From Bacillota bacterium (lineage in GTDB: Bacteria; Bacillota; Sulfobacillia; JBFMBV01), in NCBI GenBank assembly GCA_040755005.1, contig JBFMBV010000004.1, forward strand, positions 8,013 through 72,012: a DNA stretch of 64,000 nucleotides. The letters run 5' to 3'. The notes under the pieces were generated by a model, which was not told the DNA's origin, searched no databases, and saw nothing but the letters and a program-made list of their open reading frames with translations. A program made the position numbers and the translations under genes. Positions 39,534 to 47,941 of the stretch are shown here, piece by piece; position 1 is the stretch's first letter; every line of letters begins with the position of its first letter.

Positions 39534-41105
39534 TCAGAAACGGTGTGCGTCGTGCAGGTACAACCGCCCACCCGTACCGACGCCCACGCCTTTTACGGCT
39601 TGGTGGAACACCGCCCGTTCCACCAGCGTGAACAGGGGCAGCCAAGGTACGTCCATGGCCAGCAGTCGCTGGACTTCGGCGGCCACAGCCCGCCTGTCCG
39701 CCGGTGCAGCCGCCACAGTGGACACCTCCAGTAGGAGGTCAAGCCTGGCGTCGACATAGCCCGTGCGGTTCATCCGGCCCACCCTGGACGAGTGGAAGAA
39801 GTAGAACAGCACATCGGGCCCATCCCAGGCGTAATTCAGCAGTGCCGCATCGTAGACGCCATCTGCGGTGGCGCTCAGCACCTGATCCAGGGGGCGCACC
39901 CGCACGTCTACCTTGACCCCTACCTGGGCCAGCTGGCGGGCCACTTCAGCCGCGGCCCGCTCGCTCTCGGGCAGTGCTGGCACGAGCAGGGTCAGCGCGA
40001 GGGGCACGTTGTCCCGTTGCCTGACGCCTGTACCCCCGCCCCTGACGAACCCCGCCGCCTCCAACGCAGCCTCTGCCTTGGTGGATCCGGGCAGCGGCAA
40101 GGCGCCGACGGCCTCCTTGGCATGCCCGTATACTCCGGGCGGCAGGCTGGAGCGGCTGGGGGCCAGCCGCGGGTTGCCTCCCGCCGCGGCCACTGCTACG
40201 GGGTCGATGGCCTGGGCCAGCGCCCTGCGCAGGTCCACGTTGTCCCAAGGGGCACGGCGGACGTTGAAGGCCAGGTAGAAAAGGGTAGGTTCGAAGTACT
40301 CGAACACCCGGTGGTTGCGGCTGTCCCCTGCTGCTGCGCCGGAGGCGACCGCGTCGATCCTGCCGTTGGCGAGGGCTTCCCTGAGTTCGTCCCCGCCGGG
40401 GAACGGCTCGAAGCTGACCTGGTCAAGGTAAGCGCGGCCACGGTTGCGGTAGAAGGCGGGGGGCCACGCGTACTCAGCGTTGACGGCCAGTTCAACCCTG
40501 CCCGCGGGGGACGTGCTCACGACCCGGTAGGGGCCGGTCCCCGTGGGAGCCTTCCAAAAATCGTCACCGAGCTGCTTGGCTTGGGTTGGGGACACGATGG
40601 CGCCTGCGGGCGAGGCCAGGGCTTCCCAGATGGGCGGGTAGGGGCGCTCGAAGGTCAGGGTGACTGTCAGCCGGTCCACGGCCACTACTTCCTTGAGGGT
40701 GCCGAACCTGGCCGCGAGTCCGGAACCGCCCGCGACCGTCCGATCCAGGCTGAACTTGACCGCCTCGGCGTCACACGGGGTCCCGTCATGGAACTTCACC
40801 CCGTCACGCAACACGAACGTCAGCCTACGCCCGTCGTCCTGCAGCGACCATGATGTCGCCAGCGCGGGGACGTACTCCCCGGCAGGATCTAAGGTGACCA
40901 GGTTGTCGAACACCAACTGCCTGGGCCAGTCGAGCCCTTCAGCCAGGAGTGGGTCCAGCCTCACCGCCGGACCGATGTACCCGATGGCCAGCGCCCCGCC
41001 GGGCTTCGGCAGGGCCAGTCGACGGCAACCCCCGCCAGCGGCCGCGCCGAGGGTGGCCAGCAGGCAGACGATGATGGCGGCTCGTACTGGCCGCGAGTGT
41101 AACAA
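39534..41105 (-). CDS. ABC transporter substrate-binding lipoprotein, family 5 (DppA/OppA/NikA-like), orphan
   Basis: 523-aa ORF with lipoprotein signal LLATLGAAAGGGC and family-5 motifs (LTFVLRDGVKFHDGTPCDAEAVKFSLDR, GTGPYRVV). No permease or ATPase genes are adjacent. Confidence 0.85.
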   Translation of the reverse strand: MLHSRPVRAAIIVCLLATLGAAAGGGCRRLALPKPGGALAIGYIGPAVRLDPLLAEGLDWPRQLVFDNLVTLDPAGEYVPALATSWSLQDDGRRLTFVLRDGVKFHDGTPCDAEAVKFSLDRTVAGGSGLAARFGTLKEVVAVDRLTVTLTFERPYPPIWEALASPAGAIVSPTQAKQLGDDFWKAPTGTGPYRVVSTSPAGRVELAVNAEYAWPPAFYRNRGRAYLDQVSFEPFPGGDELREALANGRIDAVASGAAAGDSRNHRVFEYFEPTLFYLAFNVRRAPWDNVDLRRALAQAIDPVAVAAAGGNPRLAPSRSSLPPGVYGHAKEAVGALPLPGSTKAEAALEAAGFVRGGGTGVRQRDNVPLALTLLVPALPESERAAAEVARQLAQVGVKVDVRVRPLDQVLSATADGVYDAALLNYAWDGPDVLFYFFHSSRVGRMNRTGYVDARLDLLLEVSTVAAAPADRRAVAAEVQRLLAMDVPWLPLFTLVERAVFHQAVKGVGVGTGGRLYLHDAHRF

Positions 41106-41217
41106 GGCGTTGACGTCTCCTTTGCTGTGGACTGGGCGTGATGGTCAGCCTTCAGGTTTCGACATGTTTTGGCCTTATCCTCTCCCTGGGTTGCTGTCGA
41201 ACCTTGCCAGCGATGCT

Positions 41218-42003
41218 TCAGCTGTTGGCTGCGCTGGCGCCGTGCAGCAGGCTCCCGACAGCGCCGAAAAACAGGCCGTCCAGCTCAGTCCTGCGGGTGA
41301 TGCCGGTGCGGTCGTAGACCTCGGCGACGGCGCGCTCGGTGGCAGGACCGAACTGACCGTCCGCCGGCAGTCCCTTGTGGGCTGTGATTTGGGCCAAGAC
41401 CCGTTGCAGGCAAGCTACATCCAGCCCGCAGGTGCCAGGCAGCAGACTCCTGCCCCCTGCCGGGCAGTCAAGGTACACAGAGGCGAGTACCAATGCCGTG
41501 GCCTCCCCTGTCCCCACCATCCCCCGTCTGCGCAGATACTCAGCGAGGGCTCGTCGCGTCGGCGGGTCGAACCAACCGTTGGCCGTCGCCCCTCCCAGGC
41601 AGCCCATGAGGTTCAGCCTGTTCTGCAGGACGGTTACATCGGGCCCCCGCATGCCCCTGGTTACAGGCCGCGAACCATAGGACGGCCCCCCTCGCCAGGC
41701 GGCGCCCACGGCGTGCCCCAGAACCCGCCAAGTCTCCACCCCCACTGCCCCGTCCTCGGGTAGGCCGTATCTGCGCTGGAGCCGCACCACAGCTCCCCGC
41801 GTCCTCCGGCCGAAGATCCCGTCGGGTTCACCTGGGAAGAGGCCCCCCGCTCGCTCCAGGACCGTCTGCAACACCAGCACGTCCTGGCCCCGAAAGGGCG
41901 GGAACGTCAGATACAGCAACCTGCTCCCGAAGGGACGGACCGGCAGCCCGTCCCACAGTCCCTGCAGCAGACGCGCCTGCAAGACGTCGGTCCCCCGCCC
42001 CAT
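41218..42003 (-). CDS. protein built from four peptidoglycan-binding (PG_binding_1-like) repeats
   Basis: 261-aa ORF with four copies of the G.DV..LQ..L...G.....DG.FG..T..AV pattern (for example GQDVLVLQTVLERAGGLFPGEPDGIFGRRTRGAVVRLQ). No catalytic domain and no obvious signal peptide. Lies 33 nt downstream of comM. Confidence 0.65.
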   Translation of the reverse strand: MGRGTDVLQARLLQGLWDGLPVRPFGSRLLYLTFPPFRGQDVLVLQTVLERAGGLFPGEPDGIFGRRTRGAVVRLQRRYGLPEDGAVGVETWRVLGHAVGAAWRGGPSYGSRPVTRGMRGPDVTVLQNRLNLMGCLGGATANGWFDPPTRRALAEYLRRRGMVGTGEATALVLASVYLDCPAGGRSLLPGTCGLDVACLQRVLAQITAHKGLPADGQFGPATERAVAEVYDRTGITRRTELDGLFFGAVGSLLHGASAANS

Positions 42004-42036
42004 CGCGCCTCGCCCCCTTGCAGCCTCACCCCCATC

Positions 42037-43557
42037 TTACTCCCCTGCCCTCGCGGGTATCTCCGAAACCGCTCCCCACGTCGACCGGTACCTGGCAGCT
42101 TCCGCCACATGGACGGCTTGGACCTCGGCCTCCCCTGCCAGGTCGGCGATCGTGCGTGCCGTCCGCAGCAGCCGGTCGTGGCCCCGCGCTGACAGACGGT
42201 AGGCTTGGTAGGCCCGCTCGACCAGGGTCCGCGTGTCCCGGTCCAGGCGGCAGCCCGAGCGTAGCTCAGCGTGAGTCAGCTGAGCATTGGGCTTGCCTGC
42301 CCTGCTAAGCTGGCGTTCCCTAGCCGCCAACACCCGTGCCCGTACTACGGCCGATGCCTCCGCCGGAGCTGACTCCGCGACCTCCCGGTAGGCCAGCCTG
42401 GGCACGGCTACCTGGAGGTCGAGGCGATCTAGCAGGGGGCCCGACAGGCGTGAACGATAGTGTTGGAGCTGCTGGGGAGTGCAGCGGCACTCGTGCCCCG
42501 GCAACCCCTGGTAGCCGCAGTGGCAAGGGTTGCACGAGGCGACCAGCTGGCAGCGGGAAGGGTATAGGTAACGCCCGTCGGCCCTGGCCACGGTCAGTCT
42601 CCCTTCCTCCAATGGCTCCCGCAGGGCCTCCAGTACATCCCGCCTGAACTCGGGGAGTTCATCCAGGAAGAGGACGCCGTGGTGGGCGAGGCTGACCTCC
42701 CCCGGGCGCCCGCCCCTGCCCCCCGTCAGGGCGGCGAAGCTCGCCGTGTGATGGGGCGCGCGGAAAGGCCTCGCCCCGGCCAGGCCAGACCCGGGTGGGC
42801 GGGTACCTGCCACACTGTGGATCAGGCTGACCTCGAGTGCCTCCTCCAAGCGCATGGGCGGCAGGATCCCTGGCAGGCGCCTAGCCAGCATGGTCTTGCC
42901 CGACCCAGGCGGCCCCACCATCAGCAAGTTGTGCCCGCCCGCTGCCGCCACTTCCAGGGCCCGTTTGGCCATGGCCTGCCCCTGGACCTCAGCCAGATCG
43001 GGCACCAGGACGTACGTCTCCAGCGGCGCAGGCGGGATCCCGGCCCCCGCTTTCCCCGTCCGCAGCCAGTCCACCACGGCACGCAGGGAGCCCGCCCCGA
43101 AGCATTTCAGTCCTGCCAGTCCGGCCTCGGCCGCGTTCAGCGTCGGCACCACCAGCGCGCCCCGCCCAGCCTGCCTTGCGGCCAGGGCCACCCCGAGCAC
43201 CCCGGCCACGGGCCGCAGAGAGCCGTCCAAGGACAGCTCCCCCACGGCCACATCCCCGTCCAGGCTGCCCTCGAGCTGCCCAGTGGCTGCCAGGATGCTT
43301 AAGGCGATGGGCAGGTCGAACCAGGCCCCTTGTTTGCGCCTGCCGGCAGGGGCCAGGTTCACCGTAAGGCGCCGGCGTGGGAACTCGAAACCCGCGTTGC
43401 GCACGGCTGCCCGCACCCGTTCCCTGGCCTCCCGCACCCCGGCGTCGGGCAGTCCGACCACGTCGAAGCTCGGCAAGCCGTTGGCCACATCGGCCTCCAC
43501 TTCCACCAGATAGCCTTCCAACCCCGAGACGGCCCCACTGGTCACCCGGGCATGCAT
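42037..43557 (-). CDS. comM: YifB/ComM-family Mg-chelatase-like AAA+ ATPase
   Basis: MHARVTSGAVSGLEGYLVEVEADVANGLPSFDVVGLPDAGVREARERVRAAV aligns with the YifB N-terminus. Walker A is GPPGSGKTMLA and a C-terminal Mg-chelatase domain follows. The ORF track adds 44 aa upstream. The ATG at 43555-43557 is preceded by SD GAGGTGG. Confidence 0.85.
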   Translation of the reverse strand: MHARVTSGAVSGLEGYLVEVEADVANGLPSFDVVGLPDAGVREARERVRAAVRNAGFEFPRRRLTVNLAPAGRRKQGAWFDLPIALSILAATGQLEGSLDGDVAVGELSLDGSLRPVAGVLGVALAARQAGRGALVVPTLNAAEAGLAGLKCFGAGSLRAVVDWLRTGKAGAGIPPAPLETYVLVPDLAEVQGQAMAKRALEVAAAGGHNLLMVGPPGSGKTMLARRLPGILPPMRLEEALEVSLIHSVAGTRPPGSGLAGARPFRAPHHTASFAALTGGRGGRPGEVSLAHHGVLFLDELPEFRRDVLEALREPLEEGRLTVARADGRYLYPSRCQLVASCNPCHCGYQGLPGHECRCTPQQLQHYRSRLSGPLLDRLDLQVAVPRLAYREVAESAPAEASAVVRARVLAARERQLSRAGKPNAQLTHAELRSGCRLDRDTRTLVERAYQAYRLSARGHDRLLRTARTIADLAGEAEVQAVHVAEAARYRSTWGAVSEIPARAGE

Positions 43558-43687
43558 GGACCCACCTCGCCGGGCGGTTTGGCCAGCGCCAGGCGGCTTC
43601 CTGCCCCTGTCGCAGAGTAACACGGCGTGCGCATCCATCGACAGGCGGCGAGCCGGGCCATGGCAGTGCATGGGCATGACACCGCCC

Positions 43688-43909
43688 ATGGGAGGTTACG
43701 CTACGCTCGTGGAGGTGGTCCCACTGCCACGGAAGCGTTTACGGCTGATGTCCGAAGCACTCAAGCGCGCCTTGGCCCAGGAGATGGGGGTCGCCGTCGT
43801 CGTAGACAGGGAAGGCTGGGGAAGCGTCTCCGCCCGTGAGTGCGGGCGGCTGGTGCAACGGGCGATGATCCGCGCCCAGGAAGCCTTGGCGAGGAACCGA
43901 GGGACCTAA
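43688..43909 (+). CDS. possible small ORF (about 52-74 aa) in the divergent intergenic region, function unknown
   Basis: In-frame ATGs at 43688 and 43748. High GC3 throughout (...MSEALKRALAQEMGVAVVVDREGWGSVSARECGRLVQRAMIRAQEALARNRGT). Followed 23 nt later by a strong hairpin. No homology recognised. Confidence 0.2.
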   Translation: MGGYATLVEVVPLPRKRLRLMSEALKRALAQEMGVAVVVDREGWGSVSARECGRLVQRAMIRAQEALARNRGT

Positions 43910-43932
43910 GCAGCTGCGCCTGACCACTGACC

Positions 43933-43966
43933 GGGCGGAGCCCCCAGCGGCGTGAGGGCTCCGCCC
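43933..43966 (+). other. strong GC-rich inverted repeat in the comM/ABC-operon divergent region
   Basis: GGGCGGAGCCC-(12 nt)-GGGCUCCGCCC, a perfect 11-bp stem, followed on the plus strand by AGGCUUUGG. Terminator of the putative small ORF or a protein-binding palindrome. Confidence 0.35.
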
Positions 43967-44097
43967 AGGCTTTGGCGCAGACTGGCCCGATTGCCATATT
44001 CTTAGTCCAGCAGCAGGAGATGCCTGCGGAGAGAGAGAATGCCTCCTTCCCAGACCTCGGGTTGAGGGGGTGAGGGGTCGCCCCGGGGCCGCACTTT

Positions 44098-44121
44098 CTG
44101 CGGGAATCAACCCACCCGCAG
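44098..44121 (+). promoter_or_regulatory. inverted repeat just upstream of the ABC-operon RBS
   Basis: CTGCGGG-AATCAACCCA-CCCGCAG (7-bp arms) lies 13 nt before SD GAGGAGGGG and the GTG start at 44150. Confidence 0.25.
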
Positions 44122-44149
44122 TTCCCTGAGCATGAGGAGGGGATGACGC

Positions 44150-45259
44150 GTGAAATTGTGCGTTCGTCTGATGTGCCTGCTGCTTCTGGTCAGCCTAGTG
44201 GCCTCGATCGGGGGCTGCAAGCCGGACCCGAAGACCCTGAAGGTCGGACTTGTCACCGGCACTGTCTCACAGGGTGAGGACGAGTACAGACAGGCAGAGC
44301 GGCTCAAGGCCAAGTTCGCCGACAGGCTGATCCACGTAACTTATCCGGACAACTTCATGGCAGAGCAGGAGACTACGATCACCCGCATCACGGGCCTCGC
44401 CGCTGATAAGGCTGTCAAAGTTATCGTCATCTGTCAGGGTGTGCCCGGCACCCTTGCGGCCATCGACAAGATTCGTCAGACCCGCAAGGACATCACGTTC
44501 ATCGTCGGCGTACCCCATGAGGATCCCAAGATGGTCGCCTCCAAGGTCGACTACGCCTTCAGCACGGACGATGTGACACGGGGCAAGAGCATCGTCCAGC
44601 TGGCCAAGCAGCTCGGCGCCAAGAAGTTCCTCCACTACTCCTTCCCGCGCCACATGGGCATGGAGTTCCTGGCTAACCGCCGCAACAACATGGAAGCTGA
44701 GTGCAAGGCCCTCGGGCTCGAGTTCATCTTCGTGACCGCCCCCGACCCGATGGGCCCGGACGGCCTCCCCGGCACCCAGAAGTTCATCCTGGAAGATGTG
44801 CCCCGGCAGGTCGCCCAGCATGGCAAAGACATCGCTGTCTTCGGCACCAACTGCGGCATGCAGGAGCCGCTGATCCGCGCCTGCCTAGATGCTGGCGCGA
44901 TCTTCCCGGAGCAGTGCTGCCCGAGCCCAACCCACGGTTACCCCAGCGCCCTGGCGATCGATGTCAAGGGCATGGCGGGTAACATCAAGGCCATCCTGGC
45001 CGCCATCGACGCCAAAATCGTCGAAGAAGGCGGCGCTGGCCGCTTCGCGACCTGGGCTGTCCCCATCAACATGCTGCTCATCGAGGCCGGCACGGAGTTG
45101 GCCTACGACATCATCGCTACCGGCAAAAAGCCGACCGAGGCCGACATCAAGGCGAAGCTGCAGGCCCTGTCAGGCCTGTCGCCCCAGATGCGCAAGTACT
45201 CACCCGAGTCCAACTTCTATCTCCTGATCGTCGGCTCCCACATCTTCGGCAAGAAGTAG
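44150..45259 (+). CDS. ABC transporter substrate-binding lipoprotein (periplasmic-binding-protein type I fold; sugar/nucleoside-type system)
   Basis: 369-aa ORF with GTG start 7 nt after GAGGAGGGG. Lipoprotein signal LLLVSLVASIGGC. KVGLVTGTVSQGEDEY... resembles PBP type I sugar/BMP-like binding proteins; it might be a DUF3798-type lipoprotein, but this is uncertain. First gene of an SBP-ATPase-permease-permease operon. Confidence 0.75.
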   Translation: MKLCVRLMCLLLLVSLVASIGGCKPDPKTLKVGLVTGTVSQGEDEYRQAERLKAKFADRLIHVTYPDNFMAEQETTITRITGLAADKAVKVIVICQGVPGTLAAIDKIRQTRKDITFIVGVPHEDPKMVASKVDYAFSTDDVTRGKSIVQLAKQLGAKKFLHYSFPRHMGMEFLANRRNNMEAECKALGLEFIFVTAPDPMGPDGLPGTQKFILEDVPRQVAQHGKDIAVFGTNCGMQEPLIRACLDAGAIFPEQCCPSPTHGYPSALAIDVKGMAGNIKAILAAIDAKIVEEGGAGRFATWAVPINMLLIEAGTELAYDIIATGKKPTEADIKAKLQALSGLSPQMRKYSPESNFYLLIVGSHIFGKK

Positions 45260-45329
45260 CCGCCTGAAAAGGGGCCGTCCGTGCGGGCGGCCCCTTTCCC
45301 ACGTGATAAGGATGTGATGAGACCTGTCT

Positions 45330-46904
45330 GTGCTCACCATGCGCGGCATCACCAAGGAGTTCGGCGGCGTGTCGGCCCTGAAGAACGTCGACTTGACGGT
45401 GGAGGCAGGCCAGATCCATGCCCTGTTGGGCGAGAACGGCGCGGGCAAGACCACCCTGCTGAACATCCTCTTCGGGATGCCGGTCATCCGCGCCACCGGC
45501 GGTTATCGGGGCACGATCAGCATACACGGGGTGCCCTTCTCCCCCAAAGACCCCTCCGAGGCCCTGGCCGCCGGGATCGGCATGGTCCACCAGGAGTTCA
45601 TGCTCATCCCCGGCTTCACCGTCGCCGAGAACGTCAAGCTGAACCGCGAACCCTTGCGCCACGCTTCCCTGGGCCGCGTGCATCCTTCGCTGCACATCCT
45701 TGACCGGCCCGCCATGGCTGCCGACACCCGCCAGGCCTTCACTTCCATCGGGGTCAACGTGGACGACTGGATGATGGTGGCAGGGCTGCCTGTCGGCCAC
45801 AAGCAGTTCGTGGAGATCGCCCGGGAGGTGGACAAGCACGGCACCAAGCTGCTCATCCTCGACGAACCCACGGCCGTGCTCACTGAAGTCGAGGCGGCCC
45901 AACTCATCGAAGCCCTTCGGCGCCTGGCGGCCAGGGGCTTGGGCATCCTCTTCATCACCCACCGCCTGGATGAAGTCTTGGCATGCGCGTCGCAGATCAG
46001 CGTGCTCCGGGACGGGGAACTGGTCGCCTGCCTGCCGGCCGCTGAAGCCTCCTTGCGTCAGCTGGCGGAAGTGATGGTGGGAAGGCCGGTGGAACGTCAG
46101 CCCATGCCCCCTAGGGGAACCGTCACCGGTGCTTCGTTGCGGTTCGAGGGGTTCAGCGTGGAGATGCCGGGAGAGCGCGTCACGGGACTGGACCTTGAGG
46201 TGCAGGCTGGGGAGATCCTGGGCATCGGCGGGCTGGCTGGCCACGGTAAGCTCGGAATCGCCAACGGCGTGATGGGGCTCTACCCAGCGAGGGGCCAAGT
46301 CAGCTTCGACGGTGAGCCCTTCCGCCTCGGCCAGCCCATCGAGGCGCTGTCCCGCCGCATCGCCTTCCTCTCGGAAGACCGCCGCGGCGTGGGGCTGCTC
46401 CTCGATGCCCCCATCGACTATAACCTCGCCTTTACATCCATGAATATCGAAGGCAGGTTCCTCAAGCGGCCGCTAGGTGTGCCCTGGCTGACCTGGCGCG
46501 ACAGCCGGGGCATGCGCACCCACGCGGAAGCCCTCATCTCCCAGCTGGACATCCGCTGCACCGGACCGGATCAGGCCGTCCGCCGCCTCAGCGGGGGGAA
46601 CCAGCAGAAGGTCTGCATCGGCCGGGCCATCACCCGGCAACCGAGGCTGCTCTTCGCCTCGGAACCCACCCGTGGCATCGATGTAGGCGCCAAGTCCCTC
46701 ATTCTGGACCTCCTGGCCAGGCTCAACCGCGAGGCCGGGGTCACCATCGTGATAACCTCAAGCGAGTTGGCTGAGCTTAGGCGCATCTGCGACCGCATCG
46801 CCATCATCTACCGTGGGCGCTTAGCCCGTGTGCTTCCCCCTGATGCCAGCGACGCCGACTTCGGTCTGGCCATGGCCGGGCGACCGCCGGGAGGTGACCT
46901 ATGA
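45330..46904 (+). CDS. ABC transporter ATP-binding protein with two fused NBDs (RbsA/MglA/XylG-like, CUT2-type)
   Basis: 524-aa ORF. First NBD has Walker A GENGAGKTT and a second NBD follows (LSGGNQQKVCIGRA..., Walker B LLFASEPTRGIDVGA). The start may instead be the Met at about 45339. Confidence 0.9.
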   Translation: MLTMRGITKEFGGVSALKNVDLTVEAGQIHALLGENGAGKTTLLNILFGMPVIRATGGYRGTISIHGVPFSPKDPSEALAAGIGMVHQEFMLIPGFTVAENVKLNREPLRHASLGRVHPSLHILDRPAMAADTRQAFTSIGVNVDDWMMVAGLPVGHKQFVEIAREVDKHGTKLLILDEPTAVLTEVEAAQLIEALRRLAARGLGILFITHRLDEVLACASQISVLRDGELVACLPAAEASLRQLAEVMVGRPVERQPMPPRGTVTGASLRFEGFSVEMPGERVTGLDLEVQAGEILGIGGLAGHGKLGIANGVMGLYPARGQVSFDGEPFRLGQPIEALSRRIAFLSEDRRGVGLLLDAPIDYNLAFTSMNIEGRFLKRPLGVPWLTWRDSRGMRTHAEALISQLDIRCTGPDQAVRRLSGGNQQKVCIGRAITRQPRLLFASEPTRGIDVGAKSLILDLLARLNREAGVTIVITSSELAELRRICDRIAIIYRGRLARVLPPDASDADFGLAMAGRPPGGDL

Positions 46905-47941
46905 ACCCCCGCCTGCTCAAACCTTCACCCCGCACCGTACCCCGGCTGATCATCGGCGCCTTCGTCCTCGGGCTGCTGGTACTGGCGGCCGGTAAGCAGC
47001 TGCCTGTGCACCTATTGATCAGCGACTCCCTCGTCCGTACCGGGATGAACGGCATCCTCGTCCTGGCAATGGTACCATCGATCCAGGCAGGGCTAGGGCT
47101 GAACTTCGGCCTGCCGGTTGGCATCATCTGCGGCCTGATCGGAGTGCTTATCGCCGTCGAAGCTAACGTCTCCGGGCTGGCAGGGCTGGCCCTGTCGGTG
47201 GCGGCGGCTGTGCCTCTGGCCCTGTTGGCGGGGTCCGTCTACGGTCGCCTGCTCAACCGGGTGAAAGGCCAGGAGATGATGGTCGGGACTTACCTTGGCT
47301 TCGCAGTGGTCTCCGGGATGTGCGTCTTCTGGTTGATCGCCCCCTTCACCAACCCCATCCTGATCTGGGTCATCGGTGGGACGGGGCTGCGTTACACCAC
47401 ATCCCTGCGCCACCTCTTTGGTGGCGTGCTCGACAACGCCTGGGCCTTCAGCCTCTGGGGGGTGAAGGTGCCCACGGGCCTGCTGTTGACGTTCCTGCTG
47501 GCTTGCCTGTTGGTCCACTGCCACTCCCGTACCCGGGGAGGAATGGCGATGCACGCCGCTGGTCAGAACCCGGCCTTCGCCACCGCTAGCGGCGTCAACA
47601 CCGCCAAGGCCAGGATCCAGGGGGCCACGCTGTCCACGCTGCTGGGCGCGATTGGCATCATCATCTACGCGCAGAGCTTCGGGTTCCTGCAACTCTATCT
47701 GGCCCCACTGATGATGGCTTTCCCGGCGGTGGCGGCGGTGCTCATCGGCGGCGCCTCCACCCGGCAGGTCACCGTGGGCAACGTCATCATTGGGACCTTG
47801 CTCTTCCAGACGCTGCTCACCATCTCGCTGCCCGTGGCGCAAGCTGTCATCGGCAGTGACGTCACCGAGGTGATCCGGTTGATCGTCGCCAACGGGACGA
47901 TACTCTACGCCCTGACCAGGCTGGACGGAGGCGGCCAATGA
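46901..47941 (+). CDS. ABC transporter permease (BPD_transp_2, RbsC-like)
   Basis: 346-aa polytopic membrane protein. Overlaps the ATPase stop (ATGA). Paralogous to the next gene (shared ...PSIQAGLGLNFGLPVG... versus ...IPVQAGLGLNFGIVLG...). Confidence 0.85.
   Translation: MNPRLLKPSPRTVPRLIIGAFVLGLLVLAAGKQLPVHLLISDSLVRTGMNGILVLAMVPSIQAGLGLNFGLPVGIICGLIGVLIAVEANVSGLAGLALSVAAAVPLALLAGSVYGRLLNRVKGQEMMVGTYLGFAVVSGMCVFWLIAPFTNPILIWVIGGTGLRYTTSLRHLFGGVLDNAWAFSLWGVKVPTGLLLTFLLACLLVHCHSRTRGGMAMHAAGQNPAFATASGVNTAKARIQGATLSTLLGAIGIIIYAQSFGFLQLYLAPLMMAFPAVAAVLIGGASTRQVTVGNVIIGTLLFQTLLTISLPVAQAVIGSDVTEVIRLIVANGTILYALTRLDGGGQ

Noticed and set aside
43985-44000. Sigma-54-like TGGCCCGATTGCC element upstream of the ABC operon
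   Set aside because: The GG and GC elements are 9 nt apart rather than the required ~12, so the spacing does not fit the -24/-12 consensus.
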